A DNA stretch of 32,000 bases from Zymomonas mobilis subsp. mobilis ATCC 10988 (GCF_000175255.2 NC_017262.1:1980001-2012000); one strand, 5' to 3'. Positions 19,192-27,477 are shown, numbered from the stretch's first letter. Notes: generated by a model from the sequence alone, not told the origin. Program-made: numbers and translations.

Positions 19192-19324
19192 TCTTTCTTC
19201 ATAGAGAGAAGCGGGACGGAAAGGAATACCGCTTCTTTTCCGGTATTATCCTTCTCTCTTTTTATTTGTGATAGAGGCATAATCACCATTCAAATGACAG
19301 GCTCTCTTCGCAAAGACGTTGATA

Positions 19325-19357
19325 AAAAGGCCGCCTGCCACAACAGAACGGCCTTTT
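19325..19357 (-). terminator. Intrinsic terminator downstream of the phospho-lyase-type gene
   Basis: AAAAGGCCG / CGGCCTTTT stem with a 15-nt loop. On the minus strand the 3' arm runs into TTTTTAT. Confidence 0.6.
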
Positions 19358-19386
19358 CAGATTAAATAGAAGCAAGCCGACGACTG

Positions 19387-20727
19387 TTACCGACCTAATT
19401 TGGTCAGACTGCGATCAAGCGCTCCGGTTAACCAATCAATATCGCCACTCTGGAAGGCCAGAGGTGGCCGCAATTTCAGAACATTACCATAAGGCCCAGC
19501 AACCGAGGTCAGAACATGTTCGTCGCGAAGCGCTTCGATCAGATCGAGTGCCAATTCTTTATCCGGTTCTTTGCTGTTGCGATCTTTCACCAATTCAAAA
19601 CCGATGAACAGACCGGCACCCCGAACATCTCCAACGGATTCATGCTTATCTTGCAGTTTTTTCAGTTCACCCAAAAGTTCAGCCCCGACTTTTTGGGTAT
19701 GGGTCTGAAGATTTTCTTCCTTGATGACATTCAAAACGGCAGAGGCCGCCGCCATTGAAACCGGATTGCCGCCGAATGTGTTGAAATAAGGGACATGGTT
19801 ACTAAAGGCTTCCATCACTTCCTTGCGGGCGAAAAGACCGGAAACCGGAATACCATTCCCCATCGGTTTTCCCGTTGTTACGACATCGGGAATTAAGCCA
19901 TGCCGCCCAAATCCCCAGAAAGATTCACCGGTTCTAACAAAGCCCGGCTGCACTTCATCGGCAATGAAAATACCGCCATTTTTGTGGACGACATCAATCG
20001 CCTCTTTCAAAAATCCGGCTTCACCTGGCAAGACACCATCCGAAGAGAAAATCGAATCCGCCATAAATCCGGCAAATTTGATGCCATGGGCAGCCATATC
20101 ATCAATCTGCTTTTGCATTTCGGCGGCAAACCATGCACCGGCATCTTGTCCTGCCAAACGATAATGGTCAGGCGCAGGCACCAAACGCGTATTCGGGGAC
20201 AAATTTTGACCGCTACCAAGGGCAGGGGATGCGCCAGAGGTCAGAAAACTGGTACCGTGATAGGATTCCTGCGTCACGATAATGCCGGTTCCACCCGACC
20301 ATTCACATGCGATCCGCATTGCCAGATCATTGGCTTCGGATCCGGTGCACATATACATAGCGCGATTGATTTCTTCCGGCATGGTTGCCAAAATCGCTTC
20401 GGAATAATCAAGGATCGTTTCATGCAAATAGCGGGTATGGGTATTCAACCGGCCCATCTGCTCATAAACCGCTTCGATAACGGCAGGATGGCAATGACCG
20501 ATGCTGGCAACATTGTTATAAACATCCAGATATTTATCACCATTGGCATCCCATAAATAAGCCCCTTTTCCGCGCACCAGATGGACAGGACGGCGATAAA
20601 AAAGGCGATAGGATGCGCCCAAAAGATCTTTACGGCGCTCGGTCAGGGAACGCGTTGCCTCATCCAAAGCGGCGGCATGTTCATCCCGAAAACTGTTCGT
20701 GTCCATAATGGTAGAGCGACTTGACAC
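19387..20727 (-). CDS. Class-III PLP enzyme of the ETNPPL/PHYKPL (AGXT2L1/2) branch: putative O-phospho-amino-alcohol phospho-lyase
   Basis: 446 aa. GTG start with AAGGAG 7 nt upstream. Motifs: NNVASIGHCHP, GSEANDLAMR, ADEVQPGFVRTGESFWGF, PDVVTTGKPMGNGIPV, FNTFGGNPVS, NVLKLRPPLAF. Confidence 0.7.
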   Translation of the reverse strand: MSSRSTIMDTNSFRDEHAAALDEATRSLTERRKDLLGASYRLFYRRPVHLVRGKGAYLWDANGDKYLDVYNNVASIGHCHPAVIEAVYEQMGRLNTHTRYLHETILDYSEAILATMPEEINRAMYMCTGSEANDLAMRIACEWSGGTGIIVTQESYHGTSFLTSGASPALGSGQNLSPNTRLVPAPDHYRLAGQDAGAWFAAEMQKQIDDMAAHGIKFAGFMADSIFSSDGVLPGEAGFLKEAIDVVHKNGGIFIADEVQPGFVRTGESFWGFGRHGLIPDVVTTGKPMGNGIPVSGLFARKEVMEAFSNHVPYFNTFGGNPVSMAAASAVLNVIKEENLQTHTQKVGAELLGELKKLQDKHESVGDVRGAGLFIGFELVKDRNSKEPDKELALDLIEALRDEHVLTSVAGPYGNVLKLRPPLAFQSGDIDWLTGALDRSLTKLGR

Positions 20728-20946
20728 AGTATTCTCCTTTTCAGGATTAAAAAGAAAACTAATGTTCCAATTATGTCAGTCGTCCTTGAAACAAACTTGA
20801 CGGCAGAAGACATTCTTAATTTTTTTATGTCAAAAGTTTCGTCTTTTATTTCTTTGCGGTCAAAAAAGGGTCGTCTCCAGCCAAGTTATAAATCTCAACC
20901 TCTTCTTATCATGACTCCAGAAAATAAACGTTCAGGAGTCTGCCAC

Positions 20947-21957
20947 ATGAATTCCCGACATGCCGATAATCTCGACACCTCCATTCTTTCCCAATTGGCA
21001 GCGCAAGCAATGGAGGCCTATCCTAAAGCCTATCAGGGAAAAATCCGGCTTTTAACGCGTTCGGAAAATGCGACTTTTCACATTGCGGCATCTTCCGGTG
21101 AAAATTATGCCCTGCGCCTGCACCGTCCCCATTATCACGATAAACAAAGCATTACGGGCGAATTGGCATGGCTGAAAGCGTTACAGGAAGATATCGGTTT
21201 AACGGTGCCGCAAGCTATTCCTGACCGCGATGGGGAAGTGATTCAAACCCTAAAAGCGCCCGATGGCGCGCTGCGCTATGCGGTGCTTTTCAACTGGGTC
21301 GAAGGCGAAATGCCAACGGCTGATCTTGACCCTTCGCTGTTCCAAAGACTGGGCGAAGTGACCGCCCATCTGCATCAGCATAGCCAACGCTGGGAAAAGC
21401 CGGATAATTTCAAACGTCTTATCTGGAATCATGAAAATATGGTGGGTGCCGACGGCTATTGGGGCGATTGGCGCGCCACTCCGGGGCTAGATTCAAACGG
21501 CATTATCATTATGCGTGAAGCTATGGAGCAAATCGGGCAATCCTTGGAAAAATTTGGCCAATCTTCCGACCGTTACGGCCTTATCCATGCGGATTTAAGA
21601 TTAACCAATATTCTTATCCATGAAGGCGATACAAGGGCGATTGACTTTGATGACTGCGGCACTGGATGGTTTCTGCATGATCTCGCTGCGGCGATCAGTT
21701 TTGAAGAACATAATCCGGCCGCGCCTTTATGGGTCGAAAATTGGCTGAAAGGCTATGATCGAGTTCAGTCCCTTTCTCGGGAAGAAATTGATATTCTTCC
21801 AGCGCTTTTCGCCCAAAGAAGAATCCAAATGACGGCATGGGTTGGATCTCATGCGGATACCGATATGGCGCGCAGTTTAGGGGGCGACTGGCTGGCACAT
21901 ACGGTGCGCTTATGCCGTGACTATCTTGACGGAAAAACACCGCTTGGTGCTGCCTAA
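20947..21957 (+). CDS. APH/choline-kinase-fold phosphotransferase (hydroxylysine-kinase / amino-alcohol-kinase-like)
   Basis: Brenner motif LIHADLRLTNILI and the Mg-binding motif IDFDD. I chose the ATG at 20947 (AGGAG 8 nt upstream). The tracked start at 20773 adds a non-conserved-looking 58 aa. Confidence 0.75.
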   Translation: MNSRHADNLDTSILSQLAAQAMEAYPKAYQGKIRLLTRSENATFHIAASSGENYALRLHRPHYHDKQSITGELAWLKALQEDIGLTVPQAIPDRDGEVIQTLKAPDGALRYAVLFNWVEGEMPTADLDPSLFQRLGEVTAHLHQHSQRWEKPDNFKRLIWNHENMVGADGYWGDWRATPGLDSNGIIIMREAMEQIGQSLEKFGQSSDRYGLIHADLRLTNILIHEGDTRAIDFDDCGTGWFLHDLAAAISFEEHNPAAPLWVENWLKGYDRVQSLSREEIDILPALFAQRRIQMTAWVGSHADTDMARSLGGDWLAHTVRLCRDYLDGKTPLGAA

Positions 21958-21993
21958 AAAACGATCCAATCCAGACTCTCTTTTCAGACTTCC

Positions 21994-22043
21994 AATCTCT
22001 TCCTTCATAAAATTTCACTATTTTATAAGGAAGAGATTTTTTT
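21994..22043 (+). terminator. Strong intrinsic terminator after the kinase gene
   Basis: Perfect 12-bp stem AATCTCTTCCTT / AAGGAAGAGATT with a 21-nt loop, followed by TTTTT. Confidence 0.85.
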
Positions 22044-22160
22044 AAATTTTATATTGCAATTTGATGACATAATATGATGTTATCCATTTAGGATATAATT
22101 TTGGGCATATTCATAGACTCATTATCCTGATGAACCGCATGCCAAGGAAAGTCTGGAAAT

Positions 22161-23231
22161 ATGACATCTTCTCTAAATACAGCTTTCTCGAAAACCCTCT
22201 CTTCCTTTGAAGAAGTCCATCATGGTGTTCTTGCCGCCGCTGGAAGCGGACTTGGCGATTTTATTAAAAAAACAGGCGGCGATGCTGACCGTGTCTTTGG
22301 GTCATGCGGCGTGGATCCGGCGATTATGGAACGCCCAACACACAGCCTTAGCCTCACCAATTATTGCCGCTTAATGGAAGAAGCCGCAATCGATTCCCAA
22401 AATGGTAATTTCGGGTTGCATTATGGCAAGCAATTCCAGCCACAAAATCTTGGGTTAATCGGTTATATCGGTCTCTCTTCTCCGACATTGGGTGACGCCC
22501 TTTCCAATGTTGCAAAAGATTTTCACTGGCACCAACATGATACCTTAACCCGCTTTGTAAAACGGGAAAATCAATGGCATTTTGAATATCAGGTCAGACA
22601 TGGTGCCATTACAAGACGGCGGCAGGATGCCGAGCTTTCTATGGGGATGATTCTGAATATCATCCGCAGCGCGCTTGGTTCTAAATGGACGCCGCAAGAG
22701 GTCAATTTTGAACATTATCGGCCAGAACAGGCACATGAACATGAAAAAGTGTTTGGTGCGGCAGTCTGGTTTGAACAACCCTGCAACTCTATTGTGCTTT
22801 CTGAAAAAGACTTGATGCGCCCGATGCCGGGTTATGAACCGGTCTTATTAACGGTAATGCGGGAAACCATCCGCCGTCTAAATCGCCATAATGTGCCGCA
22901 ATCATTCCCTGAACGGGTGAGGGCGATCATCCGTATCATGCTGCCCCAAGACGACTTTTCTCTTGAAAAGATTTCCGAAAAAATGGCGATGACGCCTTGG
23001 TCTTTGCAACGGCGGTTGAAAGAAGAAAATGTCACTTTTCTCACGTTGATAGATTCCGTCCGCAAAGAAATGGCTATCGACTATATGAAGCAACCTCATC
23101 TAACGATTTCAGATATTACTTTTATGCTGGGCTATTCCGAGGTCTGCGCGCTTTCACGGGCTTTTCGGCGCTGGTTCGGTGTCAGCCCCCGTGCATGGCG
23201 TAAAAATTATGCCAGTAATGCCAAGGCCTGA
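22161..23231 (+). CDS. AraC/XylS-family transcriptional regulator with an N-terminal ligand-binding domain
   Basis: 356 aa. The C-terminal double HTH (ISDITFMLGYSEVCALSRAFRRWFGVSPRAWR) follows a roughly 230-aa sensor domain. AAGGAAAG Shine-Dalgarno sequence. Confidence 0.85.
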   Translation: MTSSLNTAFSKTLSSFEEVHHGVLAAAGSGLGDFIKKTGGDADRVFGSCGVDPAIMERPTHSLSLTNYCRLMEEAAIDSQNGNFGLHYGKQFQPQNLGLIGYIGLSSPTLGDALSNVAKDFHWHQHDTLTRFVKRENQWHFEYQVRHGAITRRRQDAELSMGMILNIIRSALGSKWTPQEVNFEHYRPEQAHEHEKVFGAAVWFEQPCNSIVLSEKDLMRPMPGYEPVLLTVMRETIRRLNRHNVPQSFPERVRAIIRIMLPQDDFSLEKISEKMAMTPWSLQRRLKEENVTFLTLIDSVRKEMAIDYMKQPHLTISDITFMLGYSEVCALSRAFRRWFGVSPRAWRKNYASNAKA

Positions 23232-23550
23232 ATAAAAGGTCGCTGATAACACATAATAGGGCTTTGTTTTGATCCTGCACCGGAATTTTTCCGTGCGGGA
23301 TAATTTTTATACCGCCTCTCGCATCCTTATTTCGTCCCTCTCACTTACCAGAAAACCCTTTTGATAAGCCGCTTTTGGGTTATTCCTCTTAATCGACAGA
23401 GTTCTTTAAAAACGGTAAATTATCACGAAAGATTAAAATTTATTTTCAATAAACAACAAATTGTCATTAAGGGTCAAGTTTATATGCTTTCATTGCCGAT
23501 ATGGTTTTCTTGTGACTATAGAAAATCCGGTAAGGGGAGAGTCCTCCAAG

Positions 23551-24960
23551 ATGCCAGAAAAATCTCCGAAGCTTTCAAAAACGCTTAGCTCTTTTCATCT
23601 CTGGGGCATCGCCGTTGGCCTTGTGATCTCAGGTGAATATTTTGGCTGGAGCTATGGCTGGGCGACCGCGGGAACCATGGGTTTTCTGATCGCGACGGTT
23701 ATTGTTGCGGCTATTTATACCAGTTTCATTTTCAGCTTTACAGAACTCACCTGCTCTATTCCGCAGGCAGGGGGGCCTTTCGCCTATAGCTTTCGGGCTT
23801 TAGGTAAATGGGGTGGTGCCATTGCCGGTATGGCAACCTTGGTTGAATTTTTATTCGCCCCTCCGGCTATTGCTCTAGCCATTGGTTCCTATCTCAATGT
23901 GCAATTTCCGTCACTTTCTCCCAAAATGGCGGCGGCCTGTGCTTATATCGTTTTCATGGCTTTGAATATCGTGGGTGTCAGAATCGCCGCGACATTCGAG
24001 CTTTTCATCACTGTTGCCGCTATTTTTGAATTACTGGTTTTCATGGGGGTCGTTGCACCTGCTTTTTCATGGGAACAATTCCTGCATGACGGCTGGGGTG
24101 TTGCCAGCCATTTCGACATTCAGGCCATTGGCGGGATATTTGCTGCTGTGCCTTTTGCGATCTGGTTCTTTCTGGCAATTGAAGGGGTCGCTATGGCCGC
24201 TGAAGAAGCCAAAAATCCCCGCCGTTCTATCCCGATCGCTTATACCGCTGGTATCTTAACGCTGGTTTCTCTTGCTTTCGGTGTGATGGTTTTTGCTGGT
24301 GGTTCTATGGATTGGCATCAGCTTGCCAATTTGAACGATCCACTACCTCAAGCGATGAAACATGTGGTCGGCGCGCATAGCGGCTGGTTGCATATGCTTG
24401 TTTTCCTCGGGTTGTTCGGGCTAGTTTCTTCCCTGCATGGTATCATCATGGGCTATGGTCGCCAGATTTTTGCCTTGGCAAGGGCAGGTTTTCTTCCGGC
24501 AACGCTTGGGAAATTACATATCAAACTGCAAACCCCTTATGCCGCGACTATCGCCGGTGGTTTAGTCGGTATCGCCGCTATCTTTGCCGATGATGTTCTT
24601 TCTTTCGGCGGTCATTCTCTGACGGCTATTCTGGTAACAATGTCGGTTCTTGGCTCGCTTACCATGTATGTGTTGAGCATGGCCAGCCTGTTCCGCTTGC
24701 GTCAAACCATGCCGGATTTACCACGCCCTTACAAAGCGCCTCTTTATCCTTTCTTGCCTGCCTTGGCGCTGATTGGGGCTTTCTTCCTGCTCGCCGCCGT
24801 TATTTACTATAATGCCGGCATTTCCTTCATCTATGCGCTTTTAATGTGCATTGCCTGCCCGCTTTGCCTTTACAGCTACAAGCGGAGCCAAAACAAAAAA
24901 ACAGAAGAAAACGATATCACGACATCTGCTATTCTCGCTGCCGAGGGGGCGGAAGAATAA
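23551..24960 (+). CDS. eat: APC-superfamily permease, Eat-type ethanolamine permease
   Basis: 469 aa from the ATG at 23551. 12-TM profile. The N-terminal block LWGIAVGLVISGEYFGWSYGW...FSFTELTCSIPQAGGPFAYS...EFLFAPPAIALAIGSYLNVQ matches the ethanolamine permease family as I remember it. Confidence 0.75.
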   Translation: MPEKSPKLSKTLSSFHLWGIAVGLVISGEYFGWSYGWATAGTMGFLIATVIVAAIYTSFIFSFTELTCSIPQAGGPFAYSFRALGKWGGAIAGMATLVEFLFAPPAIALAIGSYLNVQFPSLSPKMAAACAYIVFMALNIVGVRIAATFELFITVAAIFELLVFMGVVAPAFSWEQFLHDGWGVASHFDIQAIGGIFAAVPFAIWFFLAIEGVAMAAEEAKNPRRSIPIAYTAGILTLVSLAFGVMVFAGGSMDWHQLANLNDPLPQAMKHVVGAHSGWLHMLVFLGLFGLVSSLHGIIMGYGRQIFALARAGFLPATLGKLHIKLQTPYAATIAGGLVGIAAIFADDVLSFGGHSLTAILVTMSVLGSLTMYVLSMASLFRLRQTMPDLPRPYKAPLYPFLPALALIGAFFLLAAVIYYNAGISFIYALLMCIACPLCLYSYKRSQNKKTEENDITTSAILAAEGAEE

Positions 24961-25004
24961 GCGGTCAACGCAGCGACTGTTTTTGTGAAAAAAGGATGTC
25001 CGAC

Positions 25005-26438
25005 ATGCGCTATTACACCTTATCTTTTTGCTTTGGTTGCTGTCTTATCGGCATGGTCGGCGTGCAATCGCCTGCCTTGGCAGAAGTCCAAACGGGCGAT
25101 ACGCCAACGCCACCGGCCGAACTTTTGCAAAAGGCTGCTCCTGACAAAGCTGACTATGAACAGTCACAAGACCCTGATTTACCCGCTCTTGAAGCGGGAA
25201 ATCTGTTTCATAGTAAAGGCGGAAAACTTTCTTATTGGGACGGCCTTGTCGGTCATGCCATGATCGAAGGGGGTGCGAATGGAAACCCTGTTACCCATTC
25301 AGGCCGCAACTTCGGGCAGTATTTTACTGATAAATCCAATACAGGTACGCTTAACCAGATCACGGCTTCTATTTCTCATCCCGTAACCCCAATCGGAAAA
25401 GGCTATGGCATCGGCTTTGTTGTGGAAATGCTCTACGGTTCCGATGCGCGGGTCGATCCTACCTTAGGCATGGGGGACGGCGCTTTAAAAGGCGGCTATC
25501 AATGGGCGCCAACTCAGGCGCATATTGATGTTCATACCCCTTGGCTTTTCAAACATGGTATCGATTTCCAAATCGGGCAGATGTATGGCTTGATGGGGGT
25601 CGAAGGTATCCCAGCCCTTGCACGTCCCTTCTACAGCTACAACTACAGTTCGGATTATATCGTTCCCTTTGAAACGGTAGGGATCGTCGCGACAATGCAT
25701 GTCTCTCGCGATATTGATTTCCTGCTTGGTATTGATTCCGGTAACGCGTCTACTTTCGGTAATGCGACCGTCAATAAACAACCCAAAGGTTATGCGGGTC
25801 TCGTCTTTAAAAACCTGATGGATAACAAAATGACCATCCGCGCCATTTCCCATTTAGGGCCCGCGGGTAACTCCGGCACCGCTGTAACCTCGGCTGATGG
25901 CTGGACGAGTGCTGGTATCGGTTCGGCTGCCAATAAACTGATGCAATATAATGTTGAAGTCAGCATGAGCTATCGCTTCACGGATAAAGTCACCTTTACA
26001 GAAGACATCATCGTCGATCGGGATGAATCCATCCGCGACACCGCTTATGGCTTCACCTCTTATGTGGCATGGGATTTACGGAAAAACCTAACTCTGAATT
26101 TCCGTGGAGAAATCTTCCGTGATAATACTGGCGGGGTCATTACCCAATTTATTGGTAGCGATTCCTACAGAAGTTACCTCAGAAATCGGCCTTATGCTTA
26201 TTACAGCGCCCCCGCGACCACTTATGGCGAGCTGACCGCTGGCGTGTCATGGAAACCGCCGGTTATCAACGATCATCTGGGGAAGGGGACTTTCACTTTA
26301 CGGCCAGAACTCCGACTGGATAGATCTTTAAACGGCACACATCCCTTTAACAGAAGTGCTTCGGTCATGAATCCGGTGGTTACAAACGGAACCCGAAATA
26401 TGTTCTGGGTCAGTTGTGACGCGATCCTCAGTTTCTGA
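25005..26438 (+). CDS. Outer-membrane beta-barrel porin
   Basis: Signal peptide MRYYTLSFCFGCCLIGMVGVQSPALA-EV. Alternating beta-strand pattern rich in G, Y and aromatic residues. C-terminal ...DAILSF ends with Phe. It starts 45 nt after the permease stop. The tracked start at 24846 overlaps the permease. Confidence 0.7.
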   Translation: MRYYTLSFCFGCCLIGMVGVQSPALAEVQTGDTPTPPAELLQKAAPDKADYEQSQDPDLPALEAGNLFHSKGGKLSYWDGLVGHAMIEGGANGNPVTHSGRNFGQYFTDKSNTGTLNQITASISHPVTPIGKGYGIGFVVEMLYGSDARVDPTLGMGDGALKGGYQWAPTQAHIDVHTPWLFKHGIDFQIGQMYGLMGVEGIPALARPFYSYNYSSDYIVPFETVGIVATMHVSRDIDFLLGIDSGNASTFGNATVNKQPKGYAGLVFKNLMDNKMTIRAISHLGPAGNSGTAVTSADGWTSAGIGSAANKLMQYNVEVSMSYRFTDKVTFTEDIIVDRDESIRDTAYGFTSYVAWDLRKNLTLNFRGEIFRDNTGGVITQFIGSDSYRSYLRNRPYAYYSAPATTYGELTAGVSWKPPVINDHLGKGTFTLRPELRLDRSLNGTHPFNRSASVMNPVVTNGTRNMFWVSCDAILSF

Positions 26439-26507
26439 TCTTCGAACAGAAAGGGCATCTATCTTAATTTAAAGGGGGGATAATGAATAAAGGTGGTATC
26501 AAATAAA

Positions 26508-26583
26508 TGGTGCCGGGTGAGGGACTCGAACCCCCATGGTCGCTACTTACAAGGTAGGTGCCTAACCATTCGGCCAACCCGGC
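26508..26583 (-). tRNA. tRNA, best read as tRNA-Thr(UGU), with encoded CCA and an irregular anticodon stem
   Basis: Reverse complement: GCCGGGU-UG-GCC-GAAUGGUUA-GGC-A-CCUAC-CUUGUAA-GUAGC(G)-ACCAU-GGGGG-UUCGAGU-CCCUC-ACCCGGC-A-CCA. The 7-bp acceptor stem, T arm and loop CUUGUAA fold well. The anticodon stem needs a C.C mismatch or a bulged C, and the D stem has only 3 bp. Confidence 0.65.
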
Positions 26584-26736
26584 AGTGATTCGTCTTTCCA
26601 GTAAAGCATTTTGATAGAAAAGGGAATCGCTACTTCGCAAAAAAAATCAATTTTTTCCAAATTTTTATAACTTTTCAAGCTGTTGCAGGATTCCTCTCCA
26701 TAAAAAACATTTTCCTCGAGAGAGGAGGCATCTTTT

Positions 26737-27477
26737 TTGGCTGATAAACGCTTTTTTGGAACAAAGACGTTTCCTAATCAAGAAAAGGCTTTAAAAGCTA
26801 AGATTATGAATAATGATGCTTTCATAAGCTGGATTGAAAAAAATTTAGGCCATCGGCCTAAAGATCCGGCCTTGTTTTTACGAGCCATGACTCATCCCAG
26901 TCATGGCAACAGCGATTATCAAAGATTAGAGTTTTTAGGCGACCGTGTTTTAGGATTGGTCATTGCCAATTGGTTATACGACCTGTTCCCTCGCGAACCG
27001 GAAGGCAAATTGTCCCGACGATTAAACAGCCTTGTTTCAGGGGCTAGCTGCGCCAGCATTGCGCGGATTGTCGGACTTCCTCAATGGCTCCGTCTGGGAA
27101 AACAGGCGCGCGATGACGGCGCGGCGGCCTCTGACAATGTCTTGGGCGATGTGATGGAAGCCATGATTGGTGCCATCTTCTTGGAATCCGGTATCGAAGC
27201 CGCAGGCAAACTTATTCATAAATACTGGGCGCCTTTGGTGACGGGACAGGAATCCGCCCCGAAACATCCGAAATCGGCTTTGCAGGAATGGGCAGCCGCC
27301 CATAACCGCCGCCCGCCTGTTTATGAAATTGTCAGTCGGACAGGCCCCCAGCATAATCCTTGCTTTACCATTCAGGTTTCTATTGCCGGTGTCGGTGAAG
27401 CCAGTGCCGAAGGCTCTTCAAAGCAGGAAGCCCAAACGGCTGCTGCTCAAGCGCTTTTGGATATTTTGGCGCAATAA
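26737..27477 (+). CDS. rnc: Ribonuclease III
   Basis: Signature ERLEFLGDRVLGLVIA, catalytic LGDVMEAMIGAIFLESG, and a C-terminal dsRBD. The TTG at 26737 has GGAGG 8 nt upstream. The alternative ATG at 26806 gives a more canonical N-terminus but has no Shine-Dalgarno sequence. Confidence 0.9.
   Translation: MADKRFFGTKTFPNQEKALKAKIMNNDAFISWIEKNLGHRPKDPALFLRAMTHPSHGNSDYQRLEFLGDRVLGLVIANWLYDLFPREPEGKLSRRLNSLVSGASCASIARIVGLPQWLRLGKQARDDGAAASDNVLGDVMEAMIGAIFLESGIEAAGKLIHKYWAPLVTGQESAPKHPKSALQEWAAAHNRRPPVYEIVSRTGPQHNPCFTIQVSIAGVGEASAEGSSKQEAQTAAAQALLDILAQ

Noticed and set aside
19900-20556. 218-aa plus-strand ORF, together with 19823-20164 and 19516-19758, inside the phospho-lyase-type gene
   Set aside because: It is antisense to a gene with very strong family motifs. 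Its translation is low-complexity and Arg/Gly/Ile-rich, with no recognisable domain. This is the typical shadow ORF of a coding region.
24846-25004. N-terminal extension of the porin ORF overlapping the permease by 115 nt. There are similar extensions of xthA (834-863), the kinase (20773-20946), the permease (23461-23550) and the SDR (28658-28717).
   Set aside because: In every case the extension lacks a ribosome-binding site, overlaps a neighbouring gene or translates to implausible sequence. Each internal start has a Shine-Dalgarno sequence and yields a canonical N-terminus (signal peptide, Rossmann motif, and so on).
19192-26583. Idea that the amino-alcohol module is a tRNA-integrated genomic island
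   Set aside because: The tRNA 3' end does face the block. However, I found no integrase, no direct repeat of the tRNA 3' end near 19.2-19.4 kb, and no obvious compositional shift in the coding regions. The same holds for tRNA-Val and the 27.5-29.8 kb region, where only a 7-nt match in the wrong orientation occurs (TCGCCCA at about 27608-27614).
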